Below, piece by piece: positions 1-13,983 of a stretch of DNA of 64,000 nucleotides. Location: positions 160,830,001-160,894,000 of the forward strand of contig NC_058368.1 of assembly GCF_018350175.1 (NCBI RefSeq), written 5' to 3'. The first letter of the stretch is position 1. Each line of letters opens with the position of its first letter. Made by a program: the position numbers and the translations under genes. The notes below the pieces were generated by a model. The model did no database searches and was not told the DNA's origin. It saw nothing but the letters and a program-made list of their open reading frames with translations. The DNA comes from Felis catus. Lineage: Eukaryota.

Positions 1-2627
1 GCAGTAACACATTAATAATAGGGACTTTAACTCCTCACTTATAACAACAGATAGATTATCCAGACAAAACAACCAGGAGACTGTGGCTTTGAATGACACA
101 TTATACCAGATGGATCTAACAGATATATATTGAACAGTCCATTCCCAAACAGCAGAATATATATTCTTTTCAAGTGCTCCAGGACAAATTACATGTTAGG
201 CTACAAAATAAGTCTCAGTAAATTTAAGAAGACTGATACCGTGTCAAGCACCTCTCCCTACCACAAAGGTATAAAACTAAATTTCAATTACAATAAAAAA
301 TCTAGATAAAACCACAAATACATTGAGGCTAAACAACATGCTACTAAACAATGAGTGGGTCAACCAAAATATCAAAGAGGAAAACAAGGAAGAAATACAA
401 ATGAAATGAAAGGAGAACAGTCCAAAGTATTTGGGATACAGTGAAAGCAGTTCTAGGAGGGAAGATTATGGCATTATAGGCCTTCCTTGAGAAATAAAAA
501 AAAAATCTCAAACAACTTAATCTTACACCTAAAGGAGTTAGAAAAAGAGGAACAAACAAATCTTAAAGCTAGTAGAAGTAAGGGAATAATAAAGATGTCA
601 GCAGAGATAAATGGAAGAGACTTCAGGAGCTGGTTCTTTGAAAGATAAAAAGAGTAATAAAAATTTTGGAAGGCTCATGAAGAAGACAGAGAATTCAAAT
701 AAAATCGGAAATGAAGGAAGAGAAATAAGAACTGATGCCACAGAATACACAGAGAATATTATGAAACTTATCTGCCAACAAATTAGACAATCTAGAAGAA
801 ATGGAAAAATTCCTTGAAATATACACTCTTCCAAAACTAAATCAGAAAGAAGTGGAAAATTTAAACAGACTGATTACTAGTAATGAAATTGAATCAGTAA
901 TTGAAACACTCCACTAAGCAAAGCCCAGGACCAAATGGCTTCACACTTGAATTTTACCAAACATTTAAAGAGTTAATGCCCCTTCTTTCTAAACTATTAC
1001 AAAAAACATAAGAGGTAAGAAAATTCCCAAATTCATTCTATAGGCCAGCATTACCGGGATATCAAAACCAAACAGCAAACTACCCAGAAAAACAGAACAA
1101 ACTACTGGCCAATCTCTGATTGACATAGATGCAAAAATCTCAATAAAATATTAGAAAACCAAATTCAACAATACATTAAAAAATCATTCATTATGATCAA
1201 GTGGGACTTGTTCCAGGGATGCATGGGTTTTTTAATATTTGAAAATCAATGTGATGCATCACATTATTAAGAAAGGGATAAACACTGTATGAATATCTTA
1301 ATAGATGCAGAAAAAGCATTTGACAAAATACAACATTTGTTCATGATAAAAACTCTAAGGGGGTTTAGAGCAAACATACCTCAATATACTAAATGCCATA
1401 TATATATATATATGATGAGTAACCTCATACTCAATGGTGAAAAAGAATTTCCTCTTGCCACTTTTATTCAACATAGTAGTGGAAGTCCTAGCTATAGTAA
1501 TCAAATGAAAGGCATCCAAACTGGTAAGAAAGAAGCAAAACTGTCACTATCTGCAGATGACATGATACTATATATATAGAAAACCCTAAACTCTGCTCCC
1601 ACCTAAAAAAAAACACACTATCAAATAAATAAATTCAGTAAATTTTCAGGATTCAAACTTTATATAGAGATATCTGTTGCATTTCTACACGCTAATAATG
1701 ATATAGCAGAAAGGGAAAGTAAGAAAACAATCTCATTTATGATTGTATCAAAAATAAAATACCTAGAAATAAATTTAACGAAGGATGTGAAATACCCATA
1801 CACTGAAAATTATAAAACACTGATGAAGAAATTGAAGACAACACAAATAAATGAAAACATATACCATGCTCACAGATTGCAAGAATTAATATTAAAATGT
1901 TCATACTACCCAAAGCAATCTACAAATTCGATGCAATCCCTATCAAAATACCCATTACATTTTTTTAAAGTTAGAGCAAATTCTAAAATTTGTATGGAAC
2001 CACAGAAGACCTCAAATAGCAAAGCAATCCTGAGAAAGAACAAAGCTGGAATTATCACAATTCCAGATTTTATGAAATACTACAAATCTAGAGTAATCGA
2101 ATCATTATGGTACTGGTATAAAAATAAACACATAGATCACTAGAACAGGATAGACAGAAATATACCCACACTTATATGGTCAATTATTGTATGACAAAAG
2201 AGGCAAGAAATATACAACGGGGAAGAGACAGTCTTTTTAACAGTGATGTTGGGGAAACTGGACCACTTTCTTACACCTTATACAAAAATAAACTCAAATG
2301 GATTATTCTGACCTAAATGTGAGACCTGAAACCATTGAGCCCCTTAAAGAAAAAATAATAATCTTTTGGACATTGCCTTTAGCAACATGTTTATGAATAT
2401 GTCTCCTCAGGCAATGGAAACAAAAGTGAAAATGAACTATTAGAACTACACCCAAAATGTTTGCACAGCAGAGGAAATCACCAACAGAACAAAAGACAAC
2501 CCACTGAATGGGAGAAGATATTTGCAAATGATATATCCAATAAGGGGTTAATATCTAAAATATATTAAAAAAATTATACAAGTCAACACCAAAACAACAA
2601 ACAATCCAATTAAAAATGGGCAGAGGA

Positions 2628-2833
2628 TGGACAACTGGGTAACTCGGTTAAGTGTCCAGCTCTTGGTTTTTGCTCAGATCATGATCTCATGGTTTCATGA
2701 GTCAAAGCCCCACATCAGGCTCTTTGCTGGCAGCACAGAGCCTGCTTGGGATTTTCACTTTCCCTCTCTCTATGCCCACCCCCCAACTCATGCTATCTCT
2801 GTCTCTTTAAAAATAAATAAGCTTTAAAAAAAA
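2628..2833 (+). mobile_element. CanSINE inserted into the L1
   Basis: tRNA-derived head, (CT)n stretch and A tail. 16-bp TSD aaaaatgggcagagga at 2612-2627 and 2829-2844. Confidence 0.93.
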
Positions 2834-3159
2834 TGGGCAGAGGAACGGAATAGGTATTTTTCCAAACAAGACAGATGGCCAACAGATATATGAAAAGATG
2901 CTCAACACCACTAATTATCAGGGAAATACAAATCAAAACCACAAGGAGATATTACCTCACACCAATCTGAATAGGTATTATAAAAAAATATATAAGAAAT
3001 AATAATTTGGGGGAAGATGAAAAGGGAACCCTTGTGTACTGTTGGTGGGAATGTAACTTGGTACATCCACTCTGGAAAACAATATAGAGGCTTCTCAAAA
3101 ATTAAAAAAGGAATACCATTTGATCCATTCATTGCATTACTGCATATTTACCCAAGGAA

Positions 3160-3162
<3 letters not shown>

Positions 3163-3217
<55 letters not shown>

Positions 3218-3312
3218 ACATATATTATATATATATTATATATATATAACATATATATAACATATATTATATATATATTATATATATATAACATATATAC
3301 ATTTTTTATATA
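3163..3312. repeat. (TA)n microsatellite plus an AT-rich 42-bp unit repeated twice
   Basis: Read directly; the ORF track shows IYITYIIYILYIYN twice. Confidence 0.9.
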
Positions 3313-4849
3313 TGGAATATAAAAAACAAAAACAACAACAAAACAACCAACAAATGAAACAAAAGCCAGAAACAGATGCTTATATAAAGAAAGAAACCAG
3401 AAGGTCTGCCAGAGGGGAGATGGGAAGGGGGATGAGTGAAATAGATAAAGGGGATTAAAATGTACTTTTAGTTATAAAATAAGTCACAACAAAATAAGAG
3501 ATGATAAGTACAACATAGAGAATATAGTCAATAATATTTAATAACATCGTATGGTGACAGATGGTTGCTACACTTATGGTGAACACCGAATAATGTATAG
3601 AAGTGTCAAATCAATACATTATATACCTGAAACTAATATAACATTTTATATCTATATTTAATTTAAAAAAGATAAAGAGAAAATGCAAGTAAGTTTCCCA
3701 TTATATTATTATGAAAAATTATTTTATTATGAGTATAGTAACCTACATAAAACCTTGAATTATAACTTGATATTTGTCATTTCCAACTTAGAATAAAATA
3801 TCGATTTTGTATTATCTGGGTAGAGCTAAGTTAAAGTTCATCATACACCATTGATTTCCACTAGTCAAAATGGCATAGAAAAATAATCTCACTCTGGACA
3901 TTATAATCACAGATTTTCCATGATATATTTGCTCTCAGAACAATATTCTAATTAAAAAACCAAAAAAGAAAACACTGAAAAATATACCAAATCAGTAATC
4001 AATGTCATTAAACAAAACAAACCATTATTTATCATCAACGTATTATAAAAATATAAATTGAACATCTAATGTTTTATTTGAACACTTAAGGTTTTTATAA
4101 TAAGGAATGTAGAACATGCTAAAATATGTTCATTTCACAGTCATAAAATCATTGATGATCAAATTAAGATTAAACCTTTGCTGGTATATATTCAAAATTC
4201 CTTAGTATTATACTTCCTAATTCTAAAACAGTATGATATTTTTAGAATGCTGTTTGGCATCATTAATGGCTAATTCAAATTTCATAATTCAAGGAACTTG
4301 AAAAAGAATAAAATTTGGTAAATCCTTTAAACCAGTACACGTTCAGATATATGTTTGTTCAGATGTTCTGTGGTTCTAAGAAATTTTATAAAAAAATTGT
4401 AATTCTTGGCCAACTAACAAATAAAAGCCAATACTTACGAGCTTCTTATCTGTATTTACATATTTTACATAGAATAAATATATACACACTATAATGATTA
4501 TATGATAAAATTTGTAAAATATTATAAAATCAATATATACTTATTTTTTAATGTCAAGGACAACTGATGCATCTTCACAGACTTCAGAAAAAGTTACTGG
4601 AAATTTGTGTATCAGAGTGCTGACACAATTATATGAAAAGCAACCTAAAATGAAAATCCATATAATATATGTAACTGAAAATATTACTTAAGGCAATGGG
4701 AAAATACCATAACATCACATGGAAAATTTTGTTAACAGATTTTCTTTAGGATACAATCCTTATAATATCTCTTATTTCTACATTTCAAAAGTAAGAGTAT
4801 TATCAACAGGCTTGGATACACCCATGCAGAATAAGGATAACTAAATTAT

Positions 4850-5130
4850 CAATCTTTATTTGAATGCCTACAAAGTTACAAGCTTCTAATTAGGTGATCA
4901 CAATGAAAGAGATAAAATGTCCAAGGAATATTTTGCCTAGTAAAGATGACAGGCAAGTAAATAATTTCAGTATGTCATGAACTCTATGACAGATTAGAGT
5001 ATAGCCTTTTATGGTAGTTCATGCAAGTGTACCTTTTATGAAGAAGGAAATAATGACTGAAGCCATATGGAGTGAGTTGTCCTCTAAATTGAACCTTAAA
5101 GTTGAATGGGAATTGGTCATGTGAAATTGG
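4850..5130 (-). mobile_element. L2 3'-region remnant
   Basis: tttatttgaatgcctac start and aattgaaccttaaagttgaatgggaattgg resemble the antisense L2 3' consensus. Confidence 0.5.
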
Positions 5131-6689
5131 GGGTCAAGTTGATTCCCCCAGATGGACCAATAAACGAAATACCACAAAGGCAAAAAGAATGGCACATTCA
5201 GAAGGGTAAAGATGTGTGCACATCTAGGCGTGATGTCCAGGGAAGGAAAAGGTAAGAGAAAAGTCTCAAAAAGTAGATATGTTAAGATCTTAGGTGTCTC
5301 GCTGGTAGCCAGAACTTTAGAAATTGTCACTGTGTTACTTCTCTAAAACTCAATTTTTTCCAGTTATATGCCAGTTGTGTCATATAACCAGATTTTGTAG
5401 CCATATTGAATAAACTGATAATAATTTCATACTAGAGTGCCAGTCTGCCATTAAAATATATGAAAATATGAGGCCAAGAGCCACATCCCACTGTCAAGAC
5501 CTGGAGGCCACAACAGATAACTGGCAGTTCTATTAAACCACCCAGAGCATTATCCCATCATCTAAGGAGCATCACTCTCTTATCTGTGCTTTATTACTCA
5601 AAAAGCTTCTGACATATTTTAGAGGTAGATTTCCAAATGCAGATATTTCACAAGGCTATCATTTTATCTACTGATAATAATGGCCTGAATGTAAACAAGG
5701 GTATTTCCAATGTATTTAACTGTGTCCATAGTAAATGTGAAACACTCCATTATTTTTAAAATATTAAAAACAATACTAAAATGCTGAAATAAAATGACTA
5801 TATGTTTATTTGAGTAGTAGCATTTATAACTGACTTTGACATTTTGAATTTTGTCCTAGTTTTTCTATTTTATATAAGTAGGGAGAAGGGGAAGAGCCAA
5901 ATGAACATTTACTTGAAATGATTAAGTAGTAAACTAACCAGCTACTGTTTCAAGATGTGATGTTCCATTTGGATATGCAGGAAGTATCAAAACCATGAAC
6001 ATTAAACAACAAATCATTCCTTAAAAGCCTGGTTGGGTACTGTAATCATCTATGGAGAGTATGAAAAGTACAGACTCTCAACAGAGTCTCCCAAGATAAG
6101 GATTGTAAAAACTGGGTAGAGACACAATCATTTATATTTCTACTGAGTGCTTCAGATGAGATTGAAACCACACGCACGCGCACGGTCATTTGAGAAACAG
6201 AGCTACAGGGATTACCTTTTCAGCTTAGATCTGAGCCAGGAAATAAGTTTTCTGTTTAATGTACACATTAAAACTTTTATTTAGATCAAATTACAGGCAA
6301 GGGCCGAGTGGGCTCGGAATTTAGAGATAACAGGAGATATGTAGCTCTCCAAATTGAACTAATGATACAATAACTATAGTTATAGGCAGTTTTCAAAACA
6401 TTAGTGATGAATCTTATAAAGTGAAATTTGTGAAGGTAAAACAGAATGTTAATATGGACTCTCCCCATTACTGTTTTGCCTGAACCCCAAAGTCAAAGAA
6501 TTTACAAAAGATTACAAATATCCCCTCATCCAGAAGAAAGGTAATTGACCCTTTACACTTTTTACAGATAAATTCTGCCCATGTTAGTGATCATCTATGT
6601 CCAGAGTATAAAATGATGGGATTGAAATTTGCAAGGGAAGATTTCGTCAGAAAGTACTGTCAGCAGAATATATTTTTTCCTCAAGATCA

Positions 6690-6772
6690 AGATGGAAAGG
6701 GAAAGGGAGAGGGAGAGAGGGAAAGAGGAAGAGAAGGAGAGGAGAAAAGGAGAGAGAAAGAGAGAGAGAAAG
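6690..6772. repeat. GA-rich polypurine low-complexity tract
   Basis: About 80 bp almost entirely G/A. Confidence 0.9.
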
Positions 6773-7879
6773 GTTTTCCTCATACCTCAAACTAAGAGAA
6801 AGGGGGTTATGAAATCATTCAAATAGTTAAGTTTTTCATACTGCCAAGAGATCTGGAAATATTATCCATGTGACAAAGGTTATAAAAAAAATCATTATTC
6901 TTAAATGTGGCAAAATAAGGCAAACATTCTGGGGCCAAGTGCTTTTGGTATAAAATGATGACCAAAAAATACACAATAGTAGTCTAAAGTAATATACATA
7001 CTTGATCTTACTTTGTATGATTGATTTATAGTTTTCAGACTAAGTAAAATTTCTTCTTGTAGACTTTCCTACTGTACTGACACAAAGAAATTCCATCTGG
7101 TGGAACAGATTGCTCTGAAGATTTATGGCCTGTTGAGCATTAACCAGTTTTATATCTAACCCAGCAATGCTATACTAATATTTCTTTGTTAAATTGACTA
7201 TAAATAATTTAGCTTCTCTGATATCTGTTGAACCAATTATAATAACTTAATTTCCCCCTCATTAATTAATGGGTTAAATAAGATCGTATATTGGCTCATT
7301 TTATGTTTGCATTAAAGCTTTTTGAAAACAACTGTTTTTCAAGCATAATAGCGTGGCAGAATAAAAAGGGATAACTATATCACAATGATCTGTCCTCCTC
7401 ACTAGGATTGTGGGGAGGGAAATAACCTCATCTGGGAATTGTTTCTCACAACTACTTCCTAAAGAATCAATATGATTTTGTCATAGAGTTGTACATGGTG
7501 TTTCACCAAAGCCTTCATTAATAATGGGTTATATAAAACATATGATGTATGTTTATTTTATATTAACTTGAGGGTAAAATTTTACTTTTGATAATTATAT
7601 TTTCATAGTTTTGAGTGGTTGAGGAAGTATATCCTGTAAGCTCTTTAAGTGTAAACAAGTCTTTGTAGATTCCCAGAGTATTGCAAGCAAAACCCAGAAC
7701 TTTACCCTTGTATCTGTTTCCCTGTCTCATTTACTCCAGATTTTTACTGACTTTGACTTTGTGTTTCTGTTTTTCTAGTTCGCTGGTGGCAGAGGTCTGT
7801 TTAGGTGAAAGATGACAGAGAATTAGGTAAGGACTGGAAAAACCAGTTCATTTTTTTCTCTCAGTGAAGCTATTAAAAC

Positions 7880-7980
7880 ATTTTGTTCCATGATAGCAAG
7901 AGAACAATCTTGTTTACCACTGTATCCCAAATGTCTGTCAAAGAGTTTTGCAAAGAGTAGGCATTCAATAAATACTTTTC
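7880..7980 (+). mobile_element. L2 3' end remnant
   Basis: cttgtttaccactgtatccc...gagtaggcattcaataaatactt resembles the L2 terminus. Confidence 0.65.
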
Positions 7981-9609
7981 TAGTAAGTAATATTTTTGCT
8001 TCCATGAGTCTGTTTAGTTTAATCCTTGTTCTGCTTATTACATTAATAGTTAGTAATGTTTCTGCCCATTAATTGCACCCCCCTTTCTCTTCTGAGTTTA
8101 GCAAACTGTATTTTTAATGAAGAGAATTAACTCTCAAAATTCCATTCTATGTGACCATACTGAGGTCTTATATAGCCACTATATCCTATTTAATGGAAGG
8201 TGCTCATCTCCAAATGGCAAAATAGCTTTTGATAAATATTAGCATCAAGAAAAATATAATTATAGATAGAATTCTACCAACAATAGATTCTGTTTTCTGA
8301 CAGGTTCTTATCGAAGTGTGGATATATTTATGTTTAATGTCTGGATTAGAAATATAGATGGACCAATTTGTTTCAGTACTGCTGGGATATATTGAGCTGC
8401 TAGAAAACTGGCAAGATCTCTAATAAATTAATGTTTCCATAATACTATAATGTTTTTATGAAAATTGATATGGGGTCAGAAAAGAAATGTTAGCAAAAAT
8501 AACAAAATATAAAGTTTTAGGTATGGTAACTAATATATAATCTCTGGCTCTCTATTTTATATCCTGAAGCCCTGGTGTAGTATACTGTGTTTCTAATTTT
8601 TCTAAATTATAAATCTAAGTCTTCCCTAAATACTTACTCCTTGAAATTCTCACTCTCTAATATTAAGTTTTCTCAAAAACTGACAAACCATTCAGAGGTG
8701 TTTTCCATGATTGTACATGTCTATACTTCTGTTAAAATGTACTGCAAGGACTCAAATGGGAAAGAACATCTTAAACCATTTCCTCTTACCCAAATATATC
8801 TGTCACTTAATATTTACTTAAGCCACTTTTTTGATAAGGTAAGATCATGTTAACTAGAATGATGTGCCCCGAGAAGATTAAATGAACCAACTATTATAAT
8901 AAAAACCACTATTGTTCACTGTACATACAGAATTCACACTATAATGAGGTAGAAGCAAAGTCATCCACACTTAAAAACATTCTAACACTTCAAAATCTGC
9001 ATATCAAAAGTGAACTTTCTATTTTTTGCCTCAAAGCTTTTTTTTTTTTTTTTTGACTGTGCTCCAAAAAATGGCTTCAAAATTCATTCACATCCTGGGA
9101 GAGATTAATGAGTTCTTCTTACTTCTTATACATTTTGTTCTGAAATCCTCCCTGCAAACTATAATCAGACTTCTCTTTTTAAAACCCAAACTATTGTATC
9201 GATTTAGAATATGATTTTGCAGTGGGTTCTTTAGGGTATTTATATGAATAGGTCAAGTTGGCATTGGAAGTATTAATCTAAAACATCAAGAAATAGGTTG
9301 AAAGAGACAGATTAAGGAATTGTCAAAACAAATAATATGCACCCAACAAATTAAGAAAACAATTAAACGGCAGTTAAAACAACTAAACAGTAATAGAAAA
9401 ATATTGACAAACTTTATGAGCAAATGTATTACAATTTATTTCAGTCAGAGCAGATATCCATTTTGTGATCATAGCCATTGATAAGTTTGGTGGAAGCTAT
9501 GGTGACATGAGTATGCACCTTATATTGGACATAATAATTCCTGGATATCATTAATCAAGTTTAGATAAGCCAATCAAAATGTACTTTGGTTAATGTAACA
9601 TAAACAATA

Positions 9610-12235
9610 AGACATATCAATGTAAGATAACACATTTAAAAAAAGAAGGATAAAAACCATATGATCATCTCAATAGGTGCAGAAAAAGCAGGTGAAAAAA
9701 ATTTAACATCAATTTATGATAAAAACTGAAGGGAGTATATACCAAGGGAACTTCAACATATTATATAGACCATATATGATAAGCCCACAGCTAAAATCAT
9801 GCTAAATAATGAAAATCTGAAAGTTTTTTTCTCTAAGATAAGGAAGAAGACAAGGATGGTCATTCTCACCACTTTTATTCAACATAGTATTGGAAGTCTT
9901 AGCCAGAGCAATTAAGCAAGAAAAAGAAATAAAAAGCATTCAAATAAAAAAAAGCAAATTGTCATTATTTGCAGATGACACGATATTATATACAGTAAAC
10001 CTTAAAGATTTCATCAATAATTGTTAGAACTAAGTTCGGTAAAGTTACAGGATATGAAATATACAAAAATGTGTTGCATTTCTGTACACTATCAGAAAAA
10101 AATTAAGGAAACAGTCCAATTTGCAATTGCATCAAAAAGAATTTAGAAATAAATTTAACCGGGGAGATGAAAGACCTGTACAATGAAAGCTGTAAGACAT
10201 TGGTGAAAGAAATTGAAAAAAGACAAATAAAAAGATATCCCATGGTTATATATTGCAAAAATTACTATCACCCACATATTATATCCCATTAACATTACCA
10301 TATTACTCAAAGTGATCTACAGATTCAATTCAACCTCTGTCAATATTCCACTGGCATTTTTCACGGAAATAGAACAAGTGTAACACTTGTATGGAACCAC
10401 AAAAGACCCTGAAGAATCAAAGAAATCTTGACCACCCCCCATAAACAAACACAAAACACAAACAAAAAAAACTAAAGCAAAAAACAAAACTGAACACATA
10501 ATTGATTTCAAACTACATTACAAAGCTACAGTAATCAAAACATTATAGTACTGGCATTAAAAAGGGACACATATCAATGGAATAGAATAGACAGCCCAGA
10601 AATAAGCCTATGCATATATAGTCAATTAACTACAAAGGAGTCAAGAATATACCATGAAAAGATAGTCTCTTCAATAAGTGGTGCTAGGAAAACTGCACCA
10701 CTATTAACACCATATACAAAAACTAATTCAAGGTGGTTTGAAGTCTTGAACATAAAACCTGAAACTATAAAAGTTTTTTTTTTAATTTTTTAGGCTTATT
10801 TATTTAAGTGTGAGCGGAGGAGTGGCAGAGAGGGAGACAGAATCCCAAGCAGGCTCTGCCCTGCCAGCACAGAACTCAACATGGGGCTTGAACTCATGAA
10901 ACTATGAAATCATGTCCTGAGCTGAAACCAAGAGCTGGATGCCCAACTGACTGAGCCACCCAGGTACCCCGAAACTATACAACTTATAAAAGAAGACATA
11001 GGAGGTAAGGACCTGGGTATCAGTCTCAGTGATGATTTTTCAGTTGTGAAATAAAAAGCAAAGGAAACAAAACCAAAAATAAACAAGTGGGACTGCCTCA
11101 GACTGAAATCTTTCTGCAGAGTGAAGGAGAGCATCAACAAAATGAAAATGAATCCTATGAAGTAGGAGAAAATATATGAAAATTGTATCCAAGGAGGTCT
11201 TAATATCCAAAAATACATAAAGAACTTATACATCAGTTGGGAAAAAATAAACTGATTTAAAAAATGGGCAGAGGGACCGAGTAGACGTTTTTCCAAAGAG
11301 AACATACAAATAGATAACAGGTAGATGAAAAGACACTCAACATCACTAATTACCAAGAAAAGGAAATCAAAACCACAATGATCTCACACCTATTAGGATG
11401 GCTATTATCAAAAAGGTGAGAAGTAACTAATGTTGAAGAGGAGGTGGTGAAAAGGAAACCCTTGTGCACTGTTGAGGGGAATGTAAATTGGTGTAGTCAC
11501 TATGGAATAAAGTATGGAGTTCCCATTAAAAATTAAAATAGAACTACTATATGATCCAGAAATTCCACTTCGGTGTATTTATCTGAAGGAAATGAAAGCA
11601 CTAACTCAAAAAGATATATGCCCTGCCATAGTTATTACAGCATTATTTACAAAAGCCAAGACATGGAAACAACCTAAGTGTCCATCAATGGATGAATGGA
11701 TAAAAAATGTGATATGTATTTATAGTGGACCTTATATATTTATACACACACACACACACACACACACACATAACTGAATATTATGTAGCCATAAAAAACA
11801 ATCTCTGATACTATAGATGGGCCATGATGACTTTATGCTAAGTTAAACAAGCGAGAGAAAAACAAACTGTAAGATCTCATTTACATGTGCAATCTAAAAC
11901 AAAACACCTCATAGAGAACAGATTGGTGGTGGCCAGAAGAAGGGGATGGGGGTGGGCAGAATGGGTGAAAGGGGTCAAAAGATATAAACTTCCAACTGTA
12001 AATTAAAGGTTGTGGATGTAATGTACAGCATAGTGTCTATAGTTAATACTGTATTGTATATTTGAAAGTTGCTGTGAGAATAAAATTTGAAAGTTTTCAT
12101 CACAAGAACTGTGTAGTAATGCATATTACCTCAACTTATTATAGTGATTATTTCACAGAATATACGAATATTAAAACATTATTTTGCACACTTGAAACTA
12201 ATGTTATATGTTAATTATATCACAGTAAAAGAAAA
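9610..12235 (+). mobile_element. 5'-truncated degenerate LINE-1 (L1MA-type), RT region to 3' UTR
   Basis: tatgatcatctcaataggtgcagaaaaagc and ttatttgcagatgac (LFADD). ORF 11514 reads IELLYDPEIPL...AKTWKQPKCPSMDEWIK. L1MA-like 3' end with A tail. Confidence 0.93.
10774..10970 (-). mobile_element. CanSINE inserted into the L1
   Basis: Antisense CanSINE body; TSD gaaactata(a/c)aa at 10761 and 10971. Confidence 0.92.
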
Positions 12236-12241
12236 GGAATA

Positions 12242-12440
12242 GGGGCATCTGGGCGTCTCAGTTGGTTTAGAGTCCACCTTTAGCTTAGGTTATGATTTTA
12301 TGGTTTGTGAGTTTGAGACCCACATCAGGCTCTGTGCTGATAGCTGGGAGCCTGCTTCAGATCCTCTGTCTCCCTCTTTCTCTCCTCCTCTCCTGCTTGC
12401 ACATGCTCTCTCTCCAAAATAAATAAAATTAAAGAAAAAA
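12242..12440 (+). mobile_element. CanSINE in the L1 A-rich tail
   Basis: ggggcatctgggcgtctcagttgg...ggctctgtgctga, (CT)n and A tail. Confidence 0.92.
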
Positions 12441-13543
12441 TGATAATACATACACTGACTTGGACTCATCCATTTGAAATCATCATTCTTCTACAATTTT
12501 AAAGGAAGTTAATGAAAACCTAGGTTATATTTTATTTCAATTGTACAATTTTCTATATATTTAAAGGTAAACCAGATGTTTCTTAACCTATATAGACTTA
12601 TATTCCATATAGTAATGAATTTAACTTAAATTCAACTGACCCAAAGTGACAGGCTCTACTCCCTCTTAATCATTAAACCCTAAAGCAAACATTGAATGAC
12701 AATATTTAAAATTATTGTTGTTTTTAAATGGAAAGCCCTTTCCAAATTAGGTGATCATCCAAAAACAAACCTAGAGCGTATTACTCGATAAGATTTAAAG
12801 CCACTTTAAATGATCACTGGAGGAAAAAAGTGTGCATCAATTTTCAAGGTTCTAAAAGGTAAATTAACTCCTATCTTGGCATTTATTCTGAAGAATCCCT
12901 ATGTTAAGAAAATTATTTTATCCTAAGTTTACATGTTATATCATTCCAAGAATGTTTATTTTTTAAGTTAAATTTTTATAGTAGAAATATTTCTTAGGTT
13001 TTCCTCATTCTATCGGTTTAATTAAGAACATTAAATAATTATGTTGTCACCTAAAATACTTAAATTTGAAAGGCTAACAACATGATTTACCCTATGTCCT
13101 CTTTTTAATAAGGGTCCTTATTTCTAAGCATCCATGCTTTGATTTTCAGCATTTTAATTTGCAAAAGTCACTACGGGAGGTTTGTGTACAGAGAGATTGT
13201 GTCCTTTTATAATGTTGACATTATGTTTTAAATTTTTAATGTAGGTTTGCAGTAACTCAGTTTGAAAATTGGATGAAATCAACGCTCCCACAAACTAAAT
13301 TTTTCATTAACTTAGTGGAAAGCCTAAGGATGTCTATAGTTGCCAATATACAGTTACATTTTCCTATTTATCTATTCAAACAGTTCCAGAAAAGGTGAGA
13401 TTGAATTTTAACAGTGGTTGGGATGCTGTATATATCTATCACTAGAAGGATAAAATAGTCTTTGCAATGATTTTACTGCAAGCCAAGAAGAGCAATCAGA
13501 AATATTAATTATGACAGAAAGTGAGTGCTGTTAGACATAGGTC

Positions 13544-13763
13544 TTTTTTTTTTTAATTTTTTTTTCAACGTTTATTTATTTTTGGGACAGAGAGAGAGCA
13601 TGAACGGGGGAGGGGCAGAGAGAGAGGGAGACACAGAATCAGAAACAGGCTCCAGGCTCTGAGCCATCAGCCCAGAGCCTGACGCGGGGCTCGAACCCAC
13701 GGACCGCGAGATCGTGACCTGGCTGAAGTCAGATGCTTAGCCGACTGCGCCACCCAGGCGCCC
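13544..13763 (-). mobile_element. Young felid CanSINE (SINEC_Fc-type, CpG-rich)
   Basis: Close to consensus with CpGs retained (gacgcggggctcgaacccacggaccgcgagatcgtg). TSD aggtc+Tn at 13539 and 13764. Confidence 0.95.
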
Positions 13764-13768
13764 AGGTC

Positions 13769-13983
13769 TTTTTTTTTTTTTCAATGTTTATTTATTTATT
13801 TATTTTGAGAGAGAGTGAGTGAGAGGAGGAGCAGAAAAAGAGGGAGAGAGAGAAAATCCTAAGCAGGCTCTGTGCTGTCAGTGCGGAGCCCGACCTGGGG
13901 CTTGATCTCACAAAATGCAAGATCATGACCTGAGCTGAAATCAAGAGTCAGACACTCAACCAACTGAGCCATCCAGGTGCCCC
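13769..13983 (-). mobile_element. Older CanSINE whose tail hosts the previous SINE
   Basis: Antisense CanSINE; degenerate TSD agacataggtctt / agataataggtatt. Confidence 0.93.

Larger units (their letters stand above)
1..3672 (+). mobile_element. Degenerate LINE-1 (carnivore/L1MA-type): ORF2 from the endonuclease through RT to the 3' UTR; begins before the window
   Basis: Translated pieces match L1 ORF2 ([55 protein letters not shown]). Many frameshifts. L1 3' UTR ends ...tatacctgaaactaatataacatt followed by an A-rich tail. Confidence 0.95.

Noticed and set aside
344..2527. Cluster of ORFs of 68-134 aa
   Set aside because: Broken pieces or antisense readings of L1 ORF2, not a host gene.
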